Positions 1 to 8,989 of a stretch of DNA of 57,122 bases are shown here, piece after piece. How positions within the stretch are numbered: the first letter of the stretch is position 1; each line of letters opens with the position of its first letter. The notes beneath the pieces were generated by a model. That model saw only the letters and a list, made by a program, of their open reading frames with translations, ran no database searches and was not told the origin of the DNA. The position numbers were made by a program, and so were the translations under genes. Source of the stretch: an uncultured Eubacteriales bacterium (lineage in GTDB: Bacteria; Acidobacteriota; Aminicenantia; Aminicenantales; Aminicenantaceae); the NCBI GenBank assembly GCA_964540205.1, contig CAZIMJ010000142.1, forward strand, positions 1-57,122. The letters are read 5' to 3'.

Positions 1-113
1 GCCGATTGCTGGAGATCTCCTATTTAAGAAGATGGTGATGTGCCTTGGATTGAGGTCAAACATTTGGAATAGTAGCCAGGTTAATTTATAAATTTATTGC
101 GAAAAATGATGAT

Positions 114-533
114 TTACTTAAATTCCACAACATCCGCACGAATGAAGAGCTTGACTTCCGTGTAGAGTATTAAGTTCAGAATATCGGTATCATAATGAAC
201 ATTCACTAATGCAATTTTTTTGTCTTCTCTATGGCCATGATCTTTTTCGAAATTTTCCCAAAGATTCGCTAGGGCCTCCTGGTAGAGCATACCTGTTCCG
301 CTTACCCTAGCTATCGCCAAGGTGCTCACTTGTGCTCCAGGTCCAGCACTTAAACCAAGAATATACCCGGCTCTTGAACTTCCTGTTATATTGGTTGCGA
401 CGATGTTGTAATTGGCTTCGGATAGACTAACATCTGTCACATTTGCTGATAGAAACATACCTGAATTTAAACATCCTGTAAAACTGACTATCAGCAAAAT
501 GAGTACAACAGCTAAAAAAAGTGTTCGTTTCAT
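114..533 (-). CDS. hypothetical lipoprotein
   Basis: Internal ATG at 533 (MKRTLFLAVVLILLIVSFTGC...) gives a signal peptide with a Cys lipobox. A GGAGGA lies a few nt upstream. The longer ORF-track start at 608 has no such support. No family recognised. Confidence 0.55.
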   Translation of the reverse strand: MKRTLFLAVVLILLIVSFTGCLNSGMFLSANVTDVSLSEANYNIVATNITGSSRAGYILGLSAGPGAQVSTLAIARVSGTGMLYQEALANLWENFEKDHGHREDKKIALVNVHYDTDILNLILYTEVKLFIRADVVEFK

Positions 534-857
534 GATATCCTCCAGAATCGAGCTTTTTCCCTTCAGGTCATAATTGCCACATAAATTTTTCTGCAAAAAA
601 TGTACCAATTGAAGCTTTGGGGAGTATTACCGGATAAAATGACTTTTGTGTGTCCTCCAGAAATAACAGATGTCCACCATAGGAACCAAATTGGGGCAAA
701 CACAATCTGAATCGCCTTGCCTCAACTTATCAAGATGCAAGAGATTTCTATTTTTTCTTCTCAACAGTCAAATCTCCAGAAACATCAGATTTTGCAGCTA
801 TTTTCCCTGATAATAATTGTTTCGTTTCAGCTAAATTCGGACCACTCATGATGTTTC

Positions 858-1250
858 TTAAGCGATAGTGAGGTTATGGACAGCCAGAGCTTTGACGCCA
901 GCTTCGTAAGCGGCGCACGCCTGCTGGACGGCTCCAGGACCGAAATCGACCAAATAAGACTTTCCGTTGACGATGATGGCAATACAGGCGCCGAACCGTC
1001 GAGGATCGTTATTGGGAGTCCCTGTTCCCAGAATGACAACCTGCGTGTCTTTCGACCTTGGTATAAGCTTTGTTCCTGCACTCCCATGATCGGGTGCGAT
1101 GCAGGATAAACCGGCAAAAAGAGTGAGTAAGACAAAAAAGATATAAAATAGTGCCCGGTGCTGGTTCAAAGAATATATCCCTCTTCCGCTCATCATTTTA
1201 TATACAACGGGCTTTTTGTCAATATGGTGCACCAAGATAAAGGTTTTCAA
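858..1250 (-). pseudogene. MBL-fold metallo-hydrolase, N-terminal fragment only (truncated)
   Basis: VVILGTGTPNNDPRRFGACIAIIVNGKSYLVDFGPG is the typical first beta-strand region of RNase Z/MBL-fold proteins. The ORF stops (..AVHNLTIA*) where the HxHxDH motif is expected, and no such motif follows in any frame. Confidence 0.45.
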
Positions 1251-1317
1251 GACTGCGAAAATTCTGTATATATTTTTTTTGCCGCCGCAGAGAATTATTT
1301 GGTGTGTGTCGAGAGAA

Positions 1318-2373
1318 TTAGAGGATGAGCATGCAGTCCCCGTAGCTGTAGAATCTGTATTTTTTATGGATGGCCTCTGTGTAGGCCTTTTTCAGGAAAT
1401 CCAATCCAGTAAAGGCTGAGACCAGCATGAGCAGAGTGGATTGGGGGAGGTGAAAGTTGGTGAGAAGTTTGTCGATAACTTTAAATGAGTAGTCGGGATG
1501 GATGAAGAGATCGGTTATTTGAGGTCCCGTTTTTACACCATCTTTTGTAAAGGCGCTTTCCAGAGTGCGCACAGATGTGGTTCCCACGGCGACCACTGGT
1601 CTTTTCTCTTTCTTGGCATTGTTTATGGTTTCCGCAGCATTTTCACTGATCGTATACCTTTCTTCGAGCATTTGGTGGTCTTCCACATGTTTGGCACGAA
1701 CAGGTTGAAAAGTGGCCAGGCCCACGTCCAGGGTGATTTCTGCCACTTTGACACCATTCGCTTTGATGGTGTCCAACATGGTGGGAGTGAAATGGAGGCC
1801 GGCTGTTGGAGCCGCAATCGAACCTTCTTTCTGAGCAAAGACAGTCTGATATCTGTCTAGATCTAAGGACCGAATATCCGTTTGAGATTTTTTGCGCTTG
1901 ATGTAAGGGGGGAGAGGAGCATACCCAATGCTCTTAAGTTCAGAAATGACATCCTTCCGATCAAAACGGATATGTCTTCGACCTTCCGTTTCTTCTCTGA
2001 TCACCTCGCCTTGGAATCTAGGTGATAAGCGGATAGAATCACCCGTTTTTACTTTTTTTGCGGGACGGCAGAGAACTTCCCAGACACCCTTCTTGATTTC
2101 TTTGAGGAAAAGAAATTCGATATTTGCATCTTTTTTTCTGCCCCAGGCTCTAGCAGGAATGACCTTCGAATTGTTCAATACAAGAACATCTCCTTTGTTA
2201 AGGTAATCTTGAAAATGCTGGAATTGAGAATGGATGATTTTGTCCTTATTGCGGTCCAAAACCATCATCCGGGATTGGTCTCTTTTTTCGAGCGGACCTT
2301 GGGCGATGAGCTCTTTCGGAAGGTCGTAATCAAAATCTGAGACTAACAAGGGATTAATCACGCAGGAGATCAT
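1318..2373 (-). CDS. queA: S-adenosylmethionine:tRNA ribosyltransferase-isomerase
   Basis: SDFDYDLPKELIAQ N-terminus, IAAPTAGLHFT and VGTTSVRTLES motifs, about 350 aa. Start is ambiguous (ATG 2373, GTG 2361 or TTG 2349). The track extension to 2553 overlaps the upstream AOR gene. Confidence 0.9.
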   Translation of the reverse strand: MISCVINPLLVSDFDYDLPKELIAQGPLEKRDQSRMMVLDRNKDKIIHSQFQHFQDYLNKGDVLVLNNSKVIPARAWGRKKDANIEFLFLKEIKKGVWEVLCRPAKKVKTGDSIRLSPRFQGEVIREETEGRRHIRFDRKDVISELKSIGYAPLPPYIKRKKSQTDIRSLDLDRYQTVFAQKEGSIAAPTAGLHFTPTMLDTIKANGVKVAEITLDVGLATFQPVRAKHVEDHQMLEERYTISENAAETINNAKKEKRPVVAVGTTSVRTLESAFTKDGVKTGPQITDLFIHPDYSFKVIDKLLTNFHLPQSTLLMLVSAFTGLDFLKKAYTEAIHKKYRFYSYGDCMLIL

Positions 2374-4129
2374 ACTCTTTGAGGATTTGTTCTGTAGGCT
2401 CACCTTTTTCAGTCCATCCACGGATAACATAGTATTGTTGGATAAGATCTTTAAAAAATTCCTTATCCAAGACCTTGCCTCGCATAAAGCCAGCGCAAGA
2501 TGTTTCTTTAAAGAACCGTTCCGGAAGAATGTCATCTTTATGGGTGCGTCCATTTCTCAAGTTGTATCGTCTTGCCAGATGGGTCAGTCTTGTCCCCACT
2601 TCCAACAGAGATTCTGCCGTATGATTAGATCCTGTGGCTGCATTCAACACAGGCACCAATTCCTCAAGACCGCTGGGTACAAAATCGCACACGATCATAG
2701 AGTTGCGAATGTTTATCGTGTCGAGTCCGGATGCGACCGACTGAGGGATGTCCTCGATCGTGAAATCAGGCCCCATCTCGAGTTCATTGAGCCATAAGCG
2801 CGTATGGCTGCCAAAGTCTGCAACAGAGAGCGTGAAGCCCATTGACAGGGAACCCAAGGGATTGACGCCGGACATCTCCATCCCGAAAATATTGATGGCA
2901 AATTCTTCGCTTCCTTGACCGATCTTTTGGGCGGCAATTCTGGTTCCATCAGCAAAAATTTGTCCCACATCCTGACGGTATGCCATTCTCTTCAGTAATT
3001 CTCTTTGGGCTTCTGCATTTCCCCATGTGAGTTCGATTCCGTGCCAATCGTCCAGAAGTCCTTTTTCATAACACTCCATCGCGAAAGAACAAGTAACTCC
3101 CGCACTGATCGTATCGATCCCGAGGTCGTCACAGATCACATTGGACAGGGCTAAGTCTTTGCAGTCTGAGATTTCACATCCGGAGCCGAGGAAGGCGGAT
3201 GTCTCGTATTCGGGGCCTTCGATTTCGTGACCATTCCATGTGGCGACCTTCGAGCAGCGGATGCCACAGTTAAAGCAGCCCACATCCTTCCAGTTGAGCT
3301 CTTCGCGGCATGTCTCTGAGGAGATGCCTTCGAATTTGTCAAAAACACCCTTCTGGAAGTTTTTTGTGGGCAGGAATTCATACTCCTGGGCTTGTCGAAT
3401 CCATTTCATGGTTCCTTTCTGGCGGCGATAGATAACGCCCTCGTTGGTTAGGATATCTCGTGTGAGCTGTTTGTTCAGCTCCATGAATTTGTCCTCGTCT
3501 GCATACTTGATGGGATTGTTTCCATCGACCACGAGAGCTTTTAGATTTTTCGAGCCCATCACAGCACCCGTTCCTCCCCTGCCATATTGCCTGTACTTGT
3601 CCACACCAATGCAGGCGATCTTGACCAGGTTCTCTCCCGCAGGACCGATACAGGCAACCCTGGGATCAACTCCGGGATGAGATTTGAGCAATGAATCGTT
3701 TGTGTGAAAAATGCCTTTGCCCCAGAGAGCGGATGCATCCCGGATATCCACGCCCTCATGGGTGATAAAGAGGTAAACAGGTTTTTCAGATTTTCCGGTG
3801 ATAAAAACGCAGTCATATCCGGCTGTTTTCAGTCGGGGGCCAAAACTCCCACCACAGTGGGAATCGTGTATGGATCCCGTTAGGGGGGACTTCATCACCA
3901 CACATGTACGTGCGCTTGTCTGGACTTTTGTCCCGGTGAAAGGACCGTTTGCAAATATTAGAGGGTTTTCTGGACCGAGAGGATCCGGATTCGGCGCATA
4001 CTTTTCCAACAGCGCAAACCCTATCCCTTTGCCACCGATATAATTTTCAAGCAGTGATTGATCTACGGGTTTGATTTCGCTTTTGCCGGTTGATAAGTCT
4101 ATGTTTAGACACGTTCCTGTGTATGCCAC
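2354..4129 (-). CDS. aor: aldehyde:ferredoxin oxidoreductase family (tungstopterin enzyme)
   Basis: 591 aa. N-terminal MAYTG..LNIDLSTGK..YIGGKGIGFALL and the central CFNCGIRC cluster-binding region are typical of the AOR family. GTG start follows AGGAGGA. Confidence 0.9.
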   Translation of the reverse strand: MAYTGTCLNIDLSTGKSEIKPVDQSLLENYIGGKGIGFALLEKYAPNPDPLGPENPLIFANGPFTGTKVQTSARTCVVMKSPLTGSIHDSHCGGSFGPRLKTAGYDCVFITGKSEKPVYLFITHEGVDIRDASALWGKGIFHTNDSLLKSHPGVDPRVACIGPAGENLVKIACIGVDKYRQYGRGGTGAVMGSKNLKALVVDGNNPIKYADEDKFMELNKQLTRDILTNEGVIYRRQKGTMKWIRQAQEYEFLPTKNFQKGVFDKFEGISSETCREELNWKDVGCFNCGIRCSKVATWNGHEIEGPEYETSAFLGSGCEISDCKDLALSNVICDDLGIDTISAGVTCSFAMECYEKGLLDDWHGIELTWGNAEAQRELLKRMAYRQDVGQIFADGTRIAAQKIGQGSEEFAINIFGMEMSGVNPLGSLSMGFTLSVADFGSHTRLWLNELEMGPDFTIEDIPQSVASGLDTINIRNSMIVCDFVPSGLEELVPVLNAATGSNHTAESLLEVGTRLTHLARRYNLRNGRTHKDDILPERFFKETSCAGFMRGKVLDKEFFKDLIQQYYVIRGWTEKGEPTEQILKEYDLLRD

Positions 4130-4233
4130 TCGGTCCTCCTTGTTTTAAATAGTTTTCACCGAACCATCTGAGCCATCATTTTTTTTCAAACCGCTTCTTT
4201 TGTCAAGTGTGTTTGGCTAGACGTTTTTAAAGA

Positions 4234-4464
4234 TTATCCGCCGCTCACAGGAGGGAAAAAAACGACGGTATCGCCATCAGATAAAAAAGCATCACGGGGT
4301 GCAATTTTCCCGTTAACGAATATTAGCTTGATATATTTGGCAGGAAGTTTGAGCTCAGCGATCAGGTCTTTCAGGCGGGATCCATCCTTAATGGTGAGTT
4401 TTCCTCCTTTGAGGTTTTTCCCATATTTTGCAGAGGGGCCAAGGAGTTCGACTTGAATTTCCAT
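4234..4464 (-). CDS. MoaD/ThiS-family sulfur carrier protein
   Basis: 76 aa, ubiquitin-like length, ends in ...PPVSGG (C-terminal Gly-Gly). Sits next to the AOR gene. Confidence 0.8.
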   Translation of the reverse strand: MEIQVELLGPSAKYGKNLKGGKLTIKDGSRLKDLIAELKLPAKYIKLIFVNGKIAPRDAFLSDGDTVVFFPPVSGG

Positions 4465-4564
4465 TCTTGATTTTATCGATTGACCTGGATCAATAAGATA
4501 CTGTATTGGCTTTGATTATGTTCTTTTCGTAGTTCACGTGAGCACTTTTCAGGACTGTGTATGC

Positions 4565-5593
4565 TTACTTTATTTTAAAGAGGTCACCCTGCGGAGTAGA
4601 TGACCCGGGGGAATAACCGAGGTGTTCCAGTGCTTTGGGAGTGATCTTGCGGCCGCGGGTGGTACGCTCCAGAAATCCGATCCTCATAAGAAATGGCTCA
4701 TAGATGCTCTCGATGGTGTCCTTCTCTTCGTCGATAGCTGCGGAGATGGTGTTGATCCCAACCGGTCCTCCGCTGAAGTTTTCGATGATGGTCGTGAGGA
4801 TCTTCCTGTCCACCTCATCCAATCCCAGAACATCCACTTCCATCATGTCCAGGGCTTTTGTTGCCTCCTCGCCTGTGATCTTGCCTTCGGCTTTGACATC
4901 GGCATAATCCCTGACTCTCCTTAGTAGTCTGTTGGCCACTCGGGGAGTTCCGCGCGAGCGGAGAGCGATCTGGTGAGCTCCCATATCGTTGACATCCACA
5001 TCGAGAATGGAAGCAGACCTTTTGATGATCTTTTCGAGATCCTCCACACCATAGTAATCCAGGCGGTGGATGATGCCGAATCGGCTCCTTAAAGGAGCCG
5101 TGATACGACCGGCCCGGGTGGTTGCCCCAGCGAGGGTAAATTTTTTGAGCTGCAGTTTGTGGCTTCTTGCACTCGGGCCCTGTCCGATGAGGATGTCCAG
5201 CCTGAAGTCTTCCATGGCGGAATAGAGGATCTCCTCAACAGACGGGTGCAACCGATGGATCTCGTCGATGAAGAGAACTTCTTTGTGTTGCAAGTTGGTG
5301 AGGATCGCCGAGAGATCCCCGATCCTTTCGATCACCGGCCCGGATGTGGGTTTGATTCCGACTCCCATCTCCTTGGCGATGAGGAATGCTAAGCTTGTTT
5401 TTCCCAATCCTGGAGGGCCGTAGAGCAACACATGGTCTAGGTGTTCGTCTCTTTTTTTTGCGGCTTCAATAAAGATGTTCAGATTGGACTTGATGGTTTC
5501 CTGCCCGATAAATTCTTCAAAAGTCCTGGGCCTGAGATTGTCCTCGTACAGCAGGTCCTCTTTGGTCCGTACAGGACTCAGCACCGCGTCCAT
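4565..5593 (-). CDS. ruvB: Holliday junction branch migration DNA helicase RuvB
   Basis: Walker [18 protein letters not shown], and a full-length RuvB-like sequence. ATG at 5593 is preferred (AAGGTG upstream) over the TTG at 5611 used by the ORF track. Confidence 0.95.
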   Translation of the reverse strand: MDAVLSPVRTKEDLLYEDNLRPRTFEEFIGQETIKSNLNIFIEAAKKRDEHLDHVLLYGPPGLGKTSLAFLIAKEMGVGIKPTSGPVIERIGDLSAILTNLQHKEVLFIDEIHRLHPSVEEILYSAMEDFRLDILIGQGPSARSHKLQLKKFTLAGATTRAGRITAPLRSRFGIIHRLDYYGVEDLEKIIKRSASILDVDVNDMGAHQIALRSRGTPRVANRLLRRVRDYADVKAEGKITGEEATKALDMMEVDVLGLDEVDRKILTTIIENFSGGPVGINTISAAIDEEKDTIESIYEPFLMRIGFLERTTRGRKITPKALEHLGYSPGSSTPQGDLFKIK

Positions 5594-5728
5594 TTGTGCA
5601 CCTTTAGTCAATGATCCATCACTCCAATCGAGACATTCATTCTTGATTACCTAGTCTATCGAGTCTGTCAATAATTTTCAAGATAATAGTCAGGCATTCT
5701 TTCCCTTTTCTTTTCGATAGTGTGAGGA

Positions 5729-6316
5729 TTAGAGTTTGGCGAGCTGTTTGAGGCTTTCTCTGAGAAGCGTTTCGAAGTCCGCCTCTACTGTATGTGCTTT
5801 TAAGGTTTCATCAACGATTCTTTCGATCTCTTTTCTTTTAAAACCCATATTCATCAGTGCGGAAATCAGATCTTCCCTCTCTTGGAATCCCTCTATCTGA
5901 AGGATTTTTTCTTTTTCGATCAGTTTTTCCTGGAGCTCCATAGCGATACGCATGGCTGTTTTTGTTCCGATTCCGGGGATCAATGAGATACGGGCTACAT
6001 CACTCCGCCTGATCGCATCTTCGAGGTCTGAGGCCTCGATCCCGGAGAGGATGTTCAGGGCGATCTTTGGCCCAATGCCCGAGATCCCGATGAGTTTTAA
6101 AAAAATTTCCTTTTCATCCTCAGAAGAAAATCCATAAAGGGAGAGAGAATTGTCGGTCATATGCGTGTAGATACGCAGCTCTGTATGATCACCGATATTA
6201 CCAAGTGTCAAATATGTGGAAAGGGGAATCATTGCTCTGTAACACACGCCATTGATGTCGAGAATGGCCTGATTGGGTGATTTCTGGAATAGCATCCCTT
6301 TAAGATATGCAATCAT
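5729..6316 (-). CDS. ruvA: Holliday junction DNA helicase subunit RuvA
   Basis: MIAYLKG..., twin helix-hairpin-helix GISGIGPK / IPGIGTKTA, 195 aa, AGGAGA RBS. Confidence 0.95.
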   Translation of the reverse strand: MIAYLKGMLFQKSPNQAILDINGVCYRAMIPLSTYLTLGNIGDHTELRIYTHMTDNSLSLYGFSSEDEKEIFLKLIGISGIGPKIALNILSGIEASDLEDAIRRSDVARISLIPGIGTKTAMRIAMELQEKLIEKEKILQIEGFQEREDLISALMNMGFKRKEIERIVDETLKAHTVEADFETLLRESLKQLAKL

Positions 6317-6395
6317 CTCTTTCTCCTGAATAATTCAGATCCAGAGGGATGATAACGCACAACACTATAAAGTTCAATATCAATGACAGGATAGT

Positions 6396-6887
6396 CTATT
6401 CAGATAATAGGGAATGGAAGGACCGGGTATTGATGTGGCAGAAGGCAACGGCAAGGGCGTCGGCTGCGTCTGTCTCTAGCTTGTCGTCTTCAATGCCCAG
6501 CAGCGCCTTGACCATCGTTATCATCTGGTTTTTATCCGCCTGTCCGTAACCGGTCACGGCCTTCTTGACTTCAAGAGGGGAGTATTCAAACAGTGGCTTT
6601 TCTTGGGCGGCGATGGCGACCAGAGCCGCTCCTCTAACCTGGCCTAGCGTGATGGCGGTCCTTATGTTCTGGGCATAAAAGGGATTTTCGATGGCCACCT
6701 CATCGGGTCTGTGTGTTTTGATCAGATCCTCCAAACGACTTCGAATAGTATTTAATTTGTCATGGAAGGGTAAACTTTGCGACGCTTTAATGCAGCCATA
6801 ACTCAGGACAGAATAGTTGTTATCAGAATATTCGATGATTCCAAAGCCCGTGGATTTAACGCTGGGGTCGATGCCTAGAACGATCAT
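6396..6887 (-). CDS. ruvC: crossover junction endodeoxyribonuclease RuvC
   Basis: MIVLGIDPS...GFGII N-terminus and DAADALAVA catalytic C-terminal motif, 163 aa. Confidence 0.95.
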   Translation of the reverse strand: MIVLGIDPSVKSTGFGIIEYSDNNYSVLSYGCIKASQSLPFHDKLNTIRSRLEDLIKTHRPDEVAIENPFYAQNIRTAITLGQVRGAALVAIAAQEKPLFEYSPLEVKKAVTGYGQADKNQMITMVKALLGIEDDKLETDAADALAVAFCHINTRSFHSLLSE

Positions 6888-6983
6888 CTATGTTTAAAAG
6901 TGATAAATAAAAAACGACAAGCTAAAGGCTATGAATGAAAGTTAACAGGTTAAAAATTTGGATTGGAATATCGCATACTTGGA

Positions 6984-7733
6984 TCAATTGGAGTATTCCG
7001 CGATCTCTTCTTCGTCGATGTCAAAATTCGCCCACACATCCTGCACATCATCATGATCTTCCAGCTCCTCCATGAGGCGCAGCAGCTGTTGGGCTTGTTT
7101 GCCCTCGAGTTTCACGTAATTTTGAGGAATGTATCCTAAGTTGGAGGCTGCGATCTCGATGTTGTTTTCCTGAAGTGCGTTGACGACAGCTTCGAAATCA
7201 TCCGGTGCTGTAATGATTTCGTAGTTGCTTCCGTCTTCTCTTAAATCTTCTGCACCGGCTTCAAGAATCAGATCCAGCAGTTTGTCTTCGGATGCTTTGG
7301 CTTTTTCCACAACGATATAGCCCTTCCGGTTGAACATCCAAGCGACACAACCCGACTCGCCCATGTTCCCCCCATTTTTGGTAAAGATGTGCCGGACCTC
7401 AGACACAGTTCTGTTTTTATTGTCACTTAATGTTTCTACCAAAATTGCCACGCCGCCAGCTCCATAACCCTCGTAGGAGAATTCCTCGTATGTCGTGCCC
7501 TCGAGTTGTCCCGTGCCCTTCATGATGGCTCTTTTGATGTTGTCGGCCGGCATGTTTACGCCTTTGGCGTCTGCAATGGCCTTCCTGAGCCGGGGATTTG
7601 TGTCTGGCTCACCCCCACCGATCCGTGCAGCCACAACTAGTTCACCGATGATCTTGGTGAACATCTTGCCTCTTTTGGCATCTTGGGCGGCTTTTTTGTG
7701 CTTAATAGAATGCCATTTTGAATGCCCTGACAT
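6984..7733 (-). CDS. yebC: YebC/PmpR family DNA-binding transcriptional regulator
   Basis: MSGHSKWHSIKHKKAAQDAKRGK signature N-terminus, 249 aa. Conserved position next to ruvCAB. Confidence 0.95.
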   Translation of the reverse strand: MSGHSKWHSIKHKKAAQDAKRGKMFTKIIGELVVAARIGGGEPDTNPRLRKAIADAKGVNMPADNIKRAIMKGTGQLEGTTYEEFSYEGYGAGGVAILVETLSDNKNRTVSEVRHIFTKNGGNMGESGCVAWMFNRKGYIVVEKAKASEDKLLDLILEAGAEDLREDGSNYEIITAPDDFEAVVNALQENNIEIAASNLGYIPQNYVKLEGKQAQQLLRLMEELEDHDDVQDVWANFDIDEEEIAEYSN

Positions 7734-7875
7734 GTCATCTCCTCATGCTATGATTCGCGTGTTCAAGAAAATTCTAACATATACACCAAAATATTAAAAG
7801 CAAGGTCCGACGGCGGAAGTATTTGTTGACAATTCCGATATATAGAGTGTATATCATGTATGTAAGGAGGGAGAA

Positions 7876-8079
7876 ATGAAAAAAAATATGGGTGCGGCAG
7901 ATCGAATCATCCGGACGATTCTTGCGATTGTTGTGGCTATCCTTTATTTCACAGATCAGATTACCGGTACTGCAGCGATCATCCTTGGGGTTCTCGCGAT
8001 CATATTCTTGTTGACCAGCTTCGCCGGATTCTGTCCGCTTTATGTACCGTTTAAGCTCTCTACACGAAAAAAAGAGTAG
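7876..8079 (+). CDS. DUF2892 (YgaP-like) small membrane protein
   Basis: 67 aa. DRIIRTILAIVV...FAGFCPLY is typical of DUF2892. AGGAGGGAG RBS. Confidence 0.75.
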   Translation: MKKNMGAADRIIRTILAIVVAILYFTDQITGTAAIILGVLAIIFLLTSFAGFCPLYVPFKLSTRKKE

Positions 8080-8138
8080 ACACTCTAATCGGCTAATTAT
8101 TGTTCGCATTTTCTTTCTTGGCCTCCAGTGTTCATCCC

Positions 8139-8168
8139 TTGATATACTATAGGGGGGTATGGTATAAT
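8139..8168 (+). promoter_or_regulatory. candidate sigma70 promoter with embedded CsoR-type operator
   Basis: TTGATA (8139-8144), N18, TATAAT (8163-8168). The spacer holds the G-tract pseudo-palindrome ATACTATAGGGGGGTAT (8144-8160). Lies 77 nt upstream of csoR. Confidence 0.5.
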
Positions 8169-8244
8169 GAGAAAAAATGATTCAAACTCTGTGGAGAAGA
8201 GTTAAGAAAAACAGGAGCTAACGGCTAATAATTTGGAGGTAAAG

Positions 8245-8526
8245 ATGGCAAAACAAATAACATCTCATAGTGAAGATATTCCGCGATTGAAGAGGATCGA
8301 GGGTCAGATCCGTGGGATCCAGAAGATGATCGAAAATGAGCGCTACTGCATCGATATTCTCACTCAGCTGTCCTCCGTTCAAGGAGCCATCAAAAGCGTG
8401 GAGGAAAACATCCTGGATAGGCATCTTAAGGGCTGCGTTCAACGCTCCTTCTCTAAGGAAAATAAAGCAGACAAGACTGAGAAGATCGCAGAAGTCATCG
8501 ATATTCTCAAGAAATTCCGGAAATAA
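8245..8526 (+). CDS. csoR: CsoR/RcnR-family metal-sensing transcriptional repressor
   Basis: RLKRIEGQIRGIQKMIENERYCIDILTQLSSVQGAIKSV..HLKGCV is the DUF156 fold with conserved Cys/His/Cys. ATG 8245 follows GGAGG; the track start at 8233 is a TTG. Confidence 0.85.
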   Translation: MAKQITSHSEDIPRLKRIEGQIRGIQKMIENERYCIDILTQLSSVQGAIKSVEENILDRHLKGCVQRSFSKENKADKTEKIAEVIDILKKFRK

Positions 8527-8540
8527 ATGGAGGAATCATA

Positions 8541-8927
8541 ATGAGCTATTATTTCGGCAAAAAATTCCAGAGAACTTTTGACGAGATTTATGACAGAACT
8601 CTGGCTTCTCTTAAAAGAGAGGGATTTGGGGTTCTTACGGAAATCGATGTTCAAGCGACGCTAAAGAAAAAATTAGATGTCGATTTCAGACAATACAAGA
8701 TTCTGGGAGCTTGCAATCCGCCTTTTGCATACAAAGCGCTTCAAGCAGAAGACAAGATCGGCACAATGCTTCCCTGTAATGTCATCATCCAGGAGTTGGG
8801 TAAGGGTGAAGTGGAAGTAACGGCAATTGACCCCATTGCATCCATGCAAGCTATAGAGAATGAGGCTTTGATGCTGATAGAGCAACAGGTCCAGAAAAAA
8901 ATGATGGATGTGGTGGATAACGTATAA
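8541..8927 (+). CDS. DUF302 domain-containing protein
   Basis: FGVLTEIDVQATLKKKL...YKILGACNP...MLPCNVIIQE matches the DUF302 pattern. Lies between csoR and copA. Confidence 0.8.
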   Translation: MSYYFGKKFQRTFDEIYDRTLASLKREGFGVLTEIDVQATLKKKLDVDFRQYKILGACNPPFAYKALQAEDKIGTMLPCNVIIQELGKGEVEVTAIDPIASMQAIENEALMLIEQQVQKKMMDVVDNV

Positions 8928-8989
8928 CCTTGATTATGAATTAGTTGTAACTTTAAAGAATCCCTGAACATAGTCTATGGAGGATCGAA

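Noticed and set aside
2374-2553. 60-codon N-terminal extension of queA
   Set aside because: It overlaps the C-terminus of the AOR gene. QueA homologues begin a few residues before SDFDYDLP.
7774-8109. 111-aa minus-strand ORF overlapping the DUF2892 gene
   Set aside because: It is antisense to a gene with a strong RBS and a recognisable family signature, and has no family match itself.
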